Below the pieces are notes generated by a model. It saw nothing but the letters and a program-made list of their open reading frames with translations, had not been told where the DNA came from and ran no database searches. A program made the translations under genes and the position numbers. A DNA stretch of 59,329 bases, filler included. It is 7 parts of 7 records of this genome, joined end to end, with 100 filler letters (N's around TTAATTAATTAA, not from the genome) between each part and the next. Parts side by side here need not be neighbours in the genome. Positions count along the whole stretch, not along the records: positions 45,422 to 59,329 come from SRR2962707_2083; 6 more parts are not named here. One strand, given 5' to 3'. Below, in pieces: positions 50,525 to 59,224 of the stretch; the first letter of the stretch is position 1; each line of letters begins with the position of its first letter.

Positions 50525-50987
50525 TTGCAGCCTCGGACAGTTTTGCACTTAGTGCACGAGCAAGTTCCTTGGAGGACTTGCCTTCCTTGATCATGTCATC
50601 GATGTCTTCGAAATCAATGTTCGGATCAATGACTGAAATTAGGGATGCAAGCGTCGATGTCGCGGCGGTCGCGCGCGCCGTCTCATGATCGGACTGTGTT
50701 GCTGAGACCTTATCGAGTTTCGTGCGCAATTGCGATGTCAGCGCCGCAGCGGACTTGGTTGGTATTTGGCTGCTTGCGGGTGAATGCGCGTTAATCCAGG
50801 TGCGCAGTTCATCGAGCATTTCCTGTGCGCTGGTAATCGCTGTATCGAGTTTTGCGCGTGAGGCAGCCACAGTGCTTGTTGAGCGACGTGATTTCCGGGG
50901 TGATTGACTAGCATTGGTGGCCTGAGTTGGTGTGTCAGTCGAACTGCTGTCTGACGAGTTCTGAGCTTGGGTCGTTTCCATGGTCAT
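50517..50987 (-). CDS. Hypothetical Ser/Thr-rich helical protein
   Basis: AAGGAAG RBS-like sequence, ATGA coupling to the upstream gene. Confidence 0.65.
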   Translation of the reverse strand: MTMETTQAQNSSDSSSTDTPTQATNASQSPRKSRRSTSTVAASRAKLDTAITSAQEMLDELRTWINAHSPASSQIPTKSAAALTSQLRTKLDKVSATQSDHETARATAATSTLASLISVIDPNIDFEDIDDMIKEGKSSKELARALSAKLSEAANV

Positions 50988-51235
50988 TCTTCCTTGCGTG
51001 GCTCAAAGCTGAGACTGAAATTCAATTTCGGAAATCCGGTGCGACTTTTTTCCTGGTAGGTCTTCAATCCACACCAGCATGTGTAAGCGAGTGAAACGCA
51101 TGCCCACCCAAGACCGGCCACGCCGAAATATTGGCTTGCAACGGGGTAGAAAAGGCATCCTCCCGACACAGCAAGCAGGACAACCGGGGACATGCGTCTA
51201 AAGAAGGAGGTGGCAGAGGATGCGCCTGCGGTCAT
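50984..51235 (-). CDS. Small two-TM hypothetical protein
   Basis: MTAGASSATSFFRRMSPVVLLAVSGG...; AGGGG RBS, ATGA overlap at 51232-51235. Confidence 0.55.
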   Translation of the reverse strand: MTAGASSATSFFRRMSPVVLLAVSGGCLFYPVASQYFGVAGLGWACVSLAYTCWCGLKTYQEKSRTGFPKLNFSLSFEPRKEE

Positions 51236-51405
51236 GCATTCCCCTGAGCATCTGTTTTTAAGTTTAAAGGCATTCGCCCGCGCAAGCATTCGCCCTTGCT
51301 GACAGTGATGGCTTCCCCGCCATCGCGCAGGCTTTGCAAGAAAGCTCTGAGCTGGGCAGATGCACGTAAGGCAAATAGGTCCGGATCAATCTGTGATTGG
51401 GGCAA
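51232..51405 (-). CDS. Small hypothetical protein (57 aa), first gene of the operon; absent from the ORF track
   Basis: GGGAGG RBS + TTG start; MPQSQIDPDLFALRASAQLRAFLQSLRDGG...GNA*; stop overlaps the next ATG. Confidence 0.5.
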   Translation of the reverse strand: MPQSQIDPDLFALRASAQLRAFLQSLRDGGEAITVSKGECLRGRMPLNLKTDAQGNA

Positions 51406-51537
51406 AACGACCTCCCATGAATGATGGATTTGCCTTAAAAATATTAAACTACAAGAAAAATTGCAATTGCGTTTTTATAATACTGCATAGAGCACGCCCC
51501 TTCGGTAGACTGAGGGGCGTTATTTTCAGATAGGAGC

Positions 51538-52191
51538 TTGAGGCGAGTGAGAGAAAAAGCGGTATCGAGCGGCTTACGCTGGGCAGCTAAACGAGCTCTT
51601 ATTGTTGGGCTTGCGCTTTGGGGATTTCGTTTCGCCGTCCTCGACCTTTACTTGATCCCGTCAGACTCTATGGAACCATCACTGATCGCTGGCGATGTGG
51701 TTGTTGTGTCGAAGTTCACGTATGGAACAAGGCTACCCTTTACCAACACACATCTGCTTGCAGCCCTCCCAAAGAGAGGCGACGTTGCTGTTTTTAAACT
51801 TCCGTCAGATGTTTCGCAGTTTTACATCAAGCGTGTGATCGGAATGCCAGGAGATAGCGTTCGGATTGCGAAGGGTCGCGTCTATTTGAATGGGAAGCGT
51901 TTGCCGCGCCGACAGGTGCAAGACTTTGCTCTTAATCGCACGACGGCTGCACCGATCAAGGTGCCGCAATATCTGGAAACTGAGCCGGATGGCCCGACAA
52001 GTTACCGTATCATTGAGACCTATGGGGATAACGGGGCGCGTGACACGACTGACACGTATTACGTTCCACCCGGCCATGTTTTCGTGCTGGGGGACAACCG
52101 CGATAACTCGGTGGACAGTCGGGTATTCGAACAACCCTATCAGTTTGTTCCGCTTTCCCTTCTTGTCGGCAAAAAGATTGCTGCATTTTAG
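51538..52191 (+). CDS. Signal peptidase I (S26) family, likely conjugation-associated (TraF/TrhF-like role inferred)
   Basis: IPSDSMEPSL (catalytic Ser), YIKRVIG (catalytic Lys), GDNRDNSVDSR; divergent from the virB6 operon. Confidence 0.9.
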   Translation: MRRVREKAVSSGLRWAAKRALIVGLALWGFRFAVLDLYLIPSDSMEPSLIAGDVVVVSKFTYGTRLPFTNTHLLAALPKRGDVAVFKLPSDVSQFYIKRVIGMPGDSVRIAKGRVYLNGKRLPRRQVQDFALNRTTAAPIKVPQYLETEPDGPTSYRIIETYGDNGARDTTDTYYVPPGHVFVLGDNRDNSVDSRVFEQPYQFVPLSLLVGKKIAAF

Positions 52192-52292
52192 AAAAGCGTC
52201 TGCCTAGAACATCAAACCGGCCACTCGTCTGAAAGAAGATTGAAGAGGTCCACCATATGGAGTTTTGTTCGAGTATGCCGGTAGGGGACTTT

Positions 52293-53240
52293 CTAGAAGA
52301 GGTCATCCTGTGTCATTTCCGACAGAAAAACATCTTTCAATGCGTTTTGACACTGCAAGTATCCAGTAGCGGAGCACTGAGCTGCTCGGATCGGTGTATC
52401 GCCAAGGTCGGCATGCTCTTCCTTCAACCATTGATCCGCCTTTTGATCGCCGAGCCATCGATGGGCCAGCCTGATAAGGCGTTCTGATCTTGCCTGCGGG
52501 GACCCCACACTTCCGTTTCCGTCCTGCCATTCAGGATCCTGATCCACCCGTGTCGGTGGAGTTGGCAGTGTTGGCGTAGGACCATAGGGCTGATGAATGT
52601 CACGCTTTCTGTTTCTGGAATTGTCGGCCGCGACTTGCATCGGGACGATTTCATCGATGCGCTCGAACCATTCGTGCAGAAGATCAGCAACCATACGGAT
52701 TGTATTTTCCGAATAATCGTCGGTCTTTTGATAGGGAAGGGCGATCAGCTGATAATCCAGCACGCCGATCCGCGAACCTGGAAGGAGCCACAGCGCACTG
52801 CGCAGTTCTGTGTTGTGAAGGCTTTCATTTTCGGAAATTAGGACATCGTCTGGCCGGTCGGCTTTTGATGCGGTTTCGATCATCAAGGCGACCTTATCAC
52901 CATTTTCCCGATGGATTGCCAGAATGTCGATCGCGACTTTCTCGATCCAGCAATCTGTTTCGATCTTCCAACCCAACTTGTCGAGTATCGCACAGGCCTC
53001 ATTCACGAGATCTTCATGCAGAGCGCCGGTTGCCTTCCATTCGCATGTTCGTGCGGCGTAAGGAGCGTGAGAAAAGAACCTGGTTCCGGAAACTGGATGC
53101 TCGCGAGGTACAGCCGTGCCGCCACAGCAAGGTAGGGTCAACCGTCCATCTTTGGCTTCCCGTTTCCAAAGCGTCCAGAGCTCATCAGATGCCTGAAAGG
53201 CATAGACATTGGTGTCATGATTTCGAGCACGCTGCGCCAT
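52293..53240 (-). CDS. CoiA-like (Zn + PD-(D/E)XK-like) protein fused to an Xre/MbcA/ParS-type C-terminal domain
   Basis: LPCCGG...FFSH...C...H N-terminus, GWKIE...IDILA core, Pro linker, then ADQWLKEEHADLGDTPIRAAQCSATG; GGAGG RBS. Confidence 0.6.
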   Translation of the reverse strand: MAQRARNHDTNVYAFQASDELWTLWKREAKDGRLTLPCCGGTAVPREHPVSGTRFFSHAPYAARTCEWKATGALHEDLVNEACAILDKLGWKIETDCWIEKVAIDILAIHRENGDKVALMIETASKADRPDDVLISENESLHNTELRSALWLLPGSRIGVLDYQLIALPYQKTDDYSENTIRMVADLLHEWFERIDEIVPMQVAADNSRNRKRDIHQPYGPTPTLPTPPTRVDQDPEWQDGNGSVGSPQARSERLIRLAHRWLGDQKADQWLKEEHADLGDTPIRAAQCSATGYLQCQNALKDVFLSEMTQDDLF

Positions 53241-53384
53241 TGATGGATCCTCCAGATTGCAGTCAACCGATTACCGGAAGAGAAAACTGCCTCTTTTGCC
53301 CCTTATTGGGCCTCAAAATCGCAATTCGCATAAATAGATATGTGAGCACATGTTGTGCTCCGTAACCCAAAGAGGATTTAACAT

Positions 53385-53612
53385 ATGAAAATTCAAACGA
53401 CGACATTCCAACAGATGATGGACCTGATTGCTGATGCTCAGCAACGTCTCCAATTTACAGCTGATCTTACCGCCCGTCACGCGATGGCAGGCGTAAGTGA
53501 CACTTGGTTTGGCAAGCTGATCAACTGTGCTCACGCCCGCAATCTTGATCACCTGGTTAAGGTGGACTCTATGGTGACGCAGTGGGCGAGATATCACGGT
53601 TATCTGACTTAA
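53385..53612 (+). CDS. Small hypothetical protein
   Basis: AGAGGA RBS, ATG start, downstream hairpin GGCGGGCA/TGCCCGCC. Confidence 0.6.
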   Translation: MKIQTTTFQQMMDLIADAQQRLQFTADLTARHAMAGVSDTWFGKLINCAHARNLDHLVKVDSMVTQWARYHGYLT

Positions 53613-53662
53613 TCGCGGAGGCGGGCAGTGTGCCCGCCAAACCGGCCTGCACGGATGTGTAA

Positions 53663-54559
53663 TTACCAGCCCGGAGGCGTAGCCGGGAATGTGATATCGA
53701 CCTGCAGGCAGTGACCATTTGGGTGTTCATAAATGTAAAACCCTCCCGCGTTGATGTAGTAGACCGGTTTCCCCTCGACTTCGCCAAGTTTGTCGGCCGA
53801 TGTTTCATAGTTCCCTTTGAGATAGTCGGACATCAAGGGGCCACTGACTTCAAGTATGCACTCGTTAAACAGTCGTTCCGGCGTCAAGTCGGGGTCAACC
53901 GCCTCGAGGATATCGTTTGGATTGTTTGAATCTGCCGCATAGGCCCGAAGTTCGTTCCATCGTTCAGTCGGCAGCGCCTGCAAATGCCTGGTGACCAGTT
54001 TCTTGAAGCTTTCACTTGCGACTTTGGGGATCAAGGGTACTGTGGTGGTCAGGTCACTGCGTCCAGGAACGTTTCCTTGGAGACGCTGCATCATAATGTT
54101 TTGAGCAAGTGCCTGGTCATCTGAGCCAAGCTCGCACTGAAACCAGCGGGCGAAATAGAGCAACTCCTCGAGCTGGGAAGTCAGTGCCTTGGGGATATTG
54201 AAGAGCTTCAAAGGTTGTGGGTCGCCCTCGCATTCCTGCAAATTATGCCGTGCCTTTTCGATTTCCTCGAGGAGCACGGACTGAATATCACTGATCGCGT
54301 CATCGGTGAATTCCACATTGAGGAAAAGATCCGGGTTTTCAAAACCAACCCCTTCTGGTCGTGGATCCTGCGCATGCAGCTCCTTTAGACCAGGGAACTT
54401 TTCTGGCGACCAGCTCCAGGGATGGAACTTTCCATTGTGGATCACTCTCAATTTGTCGAAAGCATTGCTGCTAAGCGCATCATACCCCCCATAAGAGTTC
54501 TCCGTTCTGTGTTGGTAGCCCCGGCACGCAACCAACGATGTCAGCAGGGTCTTTTCCAA
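53663..54559 (-). CDS. Hypothetical protein, probably 5'-truncated
   Basis: 298-codon ORF; the frame stays open upstream to a stop at 54661-54663 with no ATG, ending at the GC shift. Confidence 0.6.
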   Translation of the reverse strand: MEKTLLTSLVACRGYQHRTENSYGGYDALSSNAFDKLRVIHNGKFHPWSWSPEKFPGLKELHAQDPRPEGVGFENPDLFLNVEFTDDAISDIQSVLLEEIEKARHNLQECEGDPQPLKLFNIPKALTSQLEELLYFARWFQCELGSDDQALAQNIMMQRLQGNVPGRSDLTTTVPLIPKVASESFKKLVTRHLQALPTERWNELRAYAADSNNPNDILEAVDPDLTPERLFNECILEVSGPLMSDYLKGNYETSADKLGEVEGKPVYYINAGGFYIYEHPNGHCLQVDITFPATPPGW

Positions 54560-54893
54560 GCGGTGGCGTGAAAGGCTAACATCGTCCGGAAATGGCTATT
54601 CCGAAGAGAACTAACCGAATTATTTCCAACGACGCTGTAAGTCGCCGGTTCTCGATATCGCTAGACCCATTCTGTAACGCTTCCTGCTATACCGTAGTGC
54701 ACCATGAGGCTCGGCCTTGACGGACAGGGCGATTGCAGGTCCCGGATCAACAGGAAAGGAAGGTGCCGGCCGAGCAGCGGAGACTCTGCATGTCAGGGGG
54801 CTCCGGAAGCGTCGAAGGCGCACGTAGAGCCCGCTTCCGGCCCCAGTCGGACGCGTTCCGGAAAACCATCGACGGCGGGCCGTGGTGTCGTTA

Positions 54894-54921
54894 TGATTAC
54901 AGAGTGACATCAAAGTGATTC
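54894..54921 (+). promoter_or_regulatory. Putative RHH operator
   Basis: TGATTACAGAG-TGACATCAAAG-TGATTC: TGA at 54894, 54905 and 54916 (11-bp phase), just before the RHH ATG. Confidence 0.5.
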
Positions 54922-54927
54922 GGGTCC

Positions 54928-55119
54928 ATGAAATCAGCCACCAACGACAAGGAACGTGTTTCGGTAACGGTGAGAATCCCGGAACACATTCTCAAGCAGA
55001 TCGACGCGTCCCTCGACCAGGAGGACGTGCCGGTTTCGCGTAATCACTGGATCATCGAGGCGCTTGTGGAGAAACTCAGACGAACCGACGCCGGGGGCGA
55101 ATCAAATGGCGCGCGGTGA
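54928..55119 (+). CDS. Ribbon-helix-helix (CopG-like) DNA-binding protein
   Basis: VSVTVRIPEHILKQID...SRNHWIIEAL; overlaps the AAA gene. Confidence 0.8.
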   Translation: MKSATNDKERVSVTVRIPEHILKQIDASLDQEDVPVSRNHWIIEALVEKLRRTDAGGESNGAR

Positions 55120-56113
55120 TCTTCTGATAAACCTTGTGAGAGCAAGCGTCGCAGGCGACAAGAACGCGGTAAAATCGGCGGTCGAGACAATCATCGCCGA
55201 AGAGAAGAACAAGCAACACACGGTGCTTGCGGACAGACTCTCCCGAGCGATGCAGACCAACGGGAACGGTATGAACAAGCTTCCCCCGGTTTCGGAGACG
55301 GCGCACAAGGGACGTGAATTCATCGCGGAGATCACGCCCAGGCGAGAGCTGGGCGACATGGTCCTGTCCGAGACCTGCCGCACGGCGGTGGACCAGTTGA
55401 TAGAAGAACAGCAACGGTCCAGCGTGCTCCGCGCGCACGGCCTCGACCCGCGGCACCGTCTTCTACTTGTCGGGCCGCCGGGGAACGGTAAAACAACCCT
55501 CGCCGAAGCAATCGCCGAAGCGCTTGCCGTACCGTTCTTCGTGGTGCGCTACGACGCTATGATCGGCAGCTATCTCGGCGAAACCGCCAGCCGTCTCAAA
55601 CGTGTTTTCGACTATGTGCGGACAACGCCCTGCGTCCTGTTCTTCGACGAATTCGACGCGGTCGGAAAAGAGCGCGGCGATATCCACGAGACAGGGGAAA
55701 TAAAACGCGTCGTTACATCGCTGCTGATGCATGTCGATGAACTGCCGAGCTACGCGGTCGTCATCGCCGCGACCAACCATTCCGAACTGCTGGACCGCGC
55801 CGTATGGCGTCGGTTCCAGCTTCGCCTCGGCCTGCCCGCGCCGGGCGAGAAGGAACTGACGGAATATTTCGACAGGTTTCTGGCGTCCTTCGACAAGCGT
55901 CCCGGCGTAACGGCCCCCACCATCGCCAAACGTCTCGGCGCAATTAGCTATGCCGAGGCGGAAGAATTCACACTCGACGTGCGCCGCCGCGACGTGATGA
56001 CGATGAAAGAACGGCCGTTGAAGAAGACCATCGAAGAACAACTGAAGCTCTGGCAAGAGCGGGTCCAACCGATCCGTACGGACGACCCGGAGCAAGGATT
56101 GTCCGATGGCTGA
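55106..56113 (+). CDS. AAA+ ATPase, IetA-like partner of an S8 peptidase
   Basis: Walker A GPPGNGKT, SYLGETA, Walker B LFFDEFD, GEIKRVV, ATNH, Arg finger LDRAVWRRF. Confidence 0.92.
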   Translation: MARGDLLINLVRASVAGDKNAVKSAVETIIAEEKNKQHTVLADRLSRAMQTNGNGMNKLPPVSETAHKGREFIAEITPRRELGDMVLSETCRTAVDQLIEEQQRSSVLRAHGLDPRHRLLLVGPPGNGKTTLAEAIAEALAVPFFVVRYDAMIGSYLGETASRLKRVFDYVRTTPCVLFFDEFDAVGKERGDIHETGEIKRVVTSLLMHVDELPSYAVVIAATNHSELLDRAVWRRFQLRLGLPAPGEKELTEYFDRFLASFDKRPGVTAPTIAKRLGAISYAEAEEFTLDVRRRDVMTMKERPLKKTIEEQLKLWQERVQPIRTDDPEQGLSDG

Positions 56114-57059
56114 ACGTCCGCTTCTGGCGATGCCGCGCCCGGAGCGGCGAGCGCCCCCGGCGGGACGGCCGCCAAGAGAAAACATTCCCGCAGCCGATAC
56201 CGGCCGCCAGGCCGGACGGCTCGGCCCGAAATTCGAACGGCTGGAACGGGCGCTCGGCGACCCGGACGCGCTCGGCGAGCTGCGCGACGATCCGTCCGCA
56301 ATCGTTCCCGAACGCGCACTCGTATTCGAGGTCGCCAGTGAAGTCGCCGACTTCTATCGCGCGGTGCGCGGTGTGCCTGGTCTCGAATTCCTCGGCGAGG
56401 ACGAAGGCGACGCCGCGCCCGACGAAGACTTTTACGTTCCGGACAAGGACGGCGATCCCAGAGACGACAAGCGGGTCCCCCGCCGGTTCTATTTCACGAT
56501 CCCGGACCGAACTGCGCTCAGGGAACTGGTGAGCCTGTGGCAACGATTCCAGCGCGGCGAAGAGCTCGGACGCGGTCGCACCGCATGGCGCGATGTGTTC
56601 AGCCATCTCGCGGATGTGCGACCGTGGGGACCACAGGACCGCCTGACCGCGGAAGCCGTCGAGGACTGGCGAGAACGACTGGAATTCGCGCCTGATACGC
56701 CGATCAGATTTGAGGTCGAGTTCTGGTATCGCGATAACGCGGCGCGCCGCGAGACAGCGGAAAGAGCGTTTACGGAGAAGCTGCGCGAAGTGGGCGGCGA
56801 ATTGTTGGACCGCGCAGTGATTGATGCAATCCGATACCACGCGGCGCTCGTAGAGGTCTCACCGGAAGTCATTCAGAGCGTTCTCGACCATCCCGATGTC
56901 GGTCTCGTCGCCTTTGACGACGTGATGATGCTACGGCCCCAATCCATGGTGTCCGGGCCGGTCGAAGGCGATCTTGAAGACGCCGCCGAAGCGGGCGGCG
57001 GCGAAGGCGGCGCAGAACTCGATGTGCCGATCGCGGCCTTGCTCGACGGTATGCCGGTG
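56106..57059 (+). pseudogene. S8 subtilisin-like peptidase (IetS-like), truncated just after the catalytic Asp motif
   Basis: IVPERALVFE, VRPWGPQDRL, FEVEFWYR pro-region, then PIAALLDGMPV. No His or GTS motif follows; the frame runs through unrelated sequence to 57185. Confidence 0.75.
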
Positions 57060-57103
57060 ATCTCTTGCGCCACATCGCGGCGCGGTTTCTTGTGCCGTGT
57101 CAT
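57055..57103 (-). pseudogene. ardC: ArdC (DUF1738) antirestriction gene, 5' stub of 16 codons
   Basis: GGAG RBS + MTRHKKPRRDVAQEIT, matching the ArdC start (RDxxxEIT); lies downstream of parB, where ardC is often found. Confidence 0.6.
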
Positions 57104-57115
57104 AATCTGTCTCCG

Positions 57116-57149
57116 AAAAAGAAAAACGCCCGCGGAAGCCGCGGGCGTT
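57116..57149 (-). terminator. Intrinsic terminator after parB
   Basis: AACGCCCGCGG / CCGCGGGCGTT stem with a U-tract on the minus strand. Confidence 0.7.
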
Positions 57150-57181
57150 GGTGAAGGGATGAAGGTTGCAGACGAGCGTCG

Positions 57182-59224
57182 TTAGGCGGCGATCTCGTCG
57201 GCGGCCGGTTCGTCGCCGGGGTCGATGACGGGGTCGGCGTCGGGCGCCTCGTCCTCCCCGACATCATCGTCACAGGCATCGACATCGTCCGGCTCTGGCG
57301 CGGCGAAGGCCATGCCCGCCGGCGCCCAGTCGTCGAGCGCGTCCCGGTGCTTAGCATCGACCGGCGTGGTGTCGTGGATCAGCCCGTCGCAGAGATCGAC
57401 CAGTTCCGATTTCTTGGCCTTGAAGTCCTTCGACAGCTTGGCCGCGACGTCGCCGCCCACTGTTTCTTTCAGGAAGGCGATGAGTTGGTCCTTCTTGATC
57501 CGGGCGAAGAAGCTCTCGCCGGTGGGCTTCCAATAGTCGCGGATGTTGAGATCCATCTCATGGGCGACCAGAGCCGTGAGCGTTGTCGCGCTGCTCATGG
57601 ACTCCACGGTCATCGCCACGGCGAAGGCGACAAGACTGTCACGCTCGTCCTGTTCGAGCGCCTTGAACGCGCTCCAGCTTGCGATGACGCCGGCGCCGTC
57701 GAAGATGTCGGTGCGCAGCGCCCGTTCGGCATGATCGAGAAGGGCCGCTGCCGAGGTTTCGCCGAGCTCGCCCCGTTCGACCCGCAGATCGGCCTTGCTC
57801 GCCTGCAAGGTCGTGCCGTGGGGCGACGCGAAGACCGGCCCGAAGATGCGCCGCACCAGGATGAATTGGTGAATGAGGATCGCCGTCTTTGGAGACTCCG
57901 CAAGGGCCGCCTGAAGCGCCTGGGCCTTGTAGACGGCGAGATCGCTGCGGAGCCCGAGGCCATAGCCAGGCGCAGCCTTCGGCGCATCCTCGTCATCGCC
58001 GTCCACATCGACACTGCCACCCGCACCGCCCTCTCCGGCGCCGGTGTCGTCCGCCGTCAGAGCCCGGACTTTCTTGCGGTCCTCCTTACGGACGAGCCCC
58101 TCATGCACCGTCACACCGTCATTGGAGGGATAGAGGATGCAGCCGACGACCGCCTTCTGCTCGGCCGTGAAAGCCCGCTCGATCTCGCGCAGGTCGTCGA
58201 GCCGTTCCTCGATCGCGTCATAACGTTCGGAGTCTTCGTCGCTCCAGTCTTCGGCGTCGGCGTTCTTTTCGAGGATACCGTCGAGCTCTTCCTCAAGTCT
58301 GGCGCGTTCGGCCTGTTCCTCCGGGCTCTTCTCAACAATCTTGCCGTAGATGCGATCGAATCCGTGCATCAGGTCATAGGCGTAGCCTTCGTGAGCTTCG
58401 ACCCAGGACCAGCCGTCGGCGGTGAGCCGTTCGACCTCTTCTGCTAACTTGGCGTCGCGCAACGTCGCCAGAAGCTGCAGATCGGTGAGATGCGCCTCAT
58501 CGCTGAAGAGGTCGCGCTCCGCCGTGCCGCCCGCGGCCTCATAAGCGTCCAGTGTCACGAACTTAACGATGGCGTCGCCGCTCGAGACGGCGTTCTCGTA
58601 GAGCATCTTGCGCACCGAATGGGCCGAGAAATGTCCGCCCTCGTCGATGGCCTTGAAGACGCGCTCCTGCCGGGCGAGATCGGGGCAGCCGGCGAAGAGC
58701 TTGGCGATGTCGAGACTGATCTCGCCCTCGCGCAGCGCCTTGCGGACGCAGGGCGCGGCCTGGCCGAGCGAGAGACGCTGGCGCACGGCCCGCTCGGTGG
58801 CGCCGAAGCGTTTTGCGATCTCCTCGACGCTAAGGCCCAGGGCGTCGAGTTTGGCGAAGGCCTCGAAATCGTCGATCGGGCTGAGGGCTTCACGGACGAT
58901 GTTCTCCGCGAGCGCTTCTTCGGAAGCGTCGGCGTCGTCGCTGGAGACGATCCGGCACGGGAACTCCTGCGTCTTGGGGAAATGGCCTTCCTTGGTCAGC
59001 AGGCGGAGCGCCGCGAGGCGCCGTCCGCCGTAGCGGACCTCGTACTTGCCGGCGTTGGTTTCGGAGGGACGGACGCCGAGATTTTGCAGGAGCCCGCGTG
59101 AGCGGATCGAGGCGACCAGGAGGTCATCCGCCATATTCGGCTTGGTCTTGCGCGGATTGTCGCGGGACATCACGAGCTTGGAAAGCGGGAGATGCACGGT
59201 CTCCCCGGTTTGGTGCTGGGCCAT
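57182..59224 (-). CDS. parB: Long ParB/RepB/Spo0J-family protein of plasmid/ICE backbones
   Basis: NPRK, SIRSRGLLQNL, GGRRLAAL, ALAENIVRE, HTH EEIAKRFG, DLF motif, acidic tail; AAGGAG RBS. Confidence 0.9.
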   Translation of the reverse strand: MAQHQTGETVHLPLSKLVMSRDNPRKTKPNMADDLLVASIRSRGLLQNLGVRPSETNAGKYEVRYGGRRLAALRLLTKEGHFPKTQEFPCRIVSSDDADASEEALAENIVREALSPIDDFEAFAKLDALGLSVEEIAKRFGATERAVRQRLSLGQAAPCVRKALREGEISLDIAKLFAGCPDLARQERVFKAIDEGGHFSAHSVRKMLYENAVSSGDAIVKFVTLDAYEAAGGTAERDLFSDEAHLTDLQLLATLRDAKLAEEVERLTADGWSWVEAHEGYAYDLMHGFDRIYGKIVEKSPEEQAERARLEEELDGILEKNADAEDWSDEDSERYDAIEERLDDLREIERAFTAEQKAVVGCILYPSNDGVTVHEGLVRKEDRKKVRALTADDTGAGEGGAGGSVDVDGDDEDAPKAAPGYGLGLRSDLAVYKAQALQAALAESPKTAILIHQFILVRRIFGPVFASPHGTTLQASKADLRVERGELGETSAAALLDHAERALRTDIFDGAGVIASWSAFKALEQDERDSLVAFAVAMTVESMSSATTLTALVAHEMDLNIRDYWKPTGESFFARIKKDQLIAFLKETVGGDVAAKLSKDFKAKKSELVDLCDGLIHDTTPVDAKHRDALDDWAPAGMAFAAPEPDDVDACDDDVGEDEAPDADPVIDPGDEPAADEIAA

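Noticed and set aside
57060-57185. Last 41 aa of the 359-aa S8 ORF as a real domain
   Set aside because: Read-through across the ardC stub, terminator and intergenic DNA after the breakpoint
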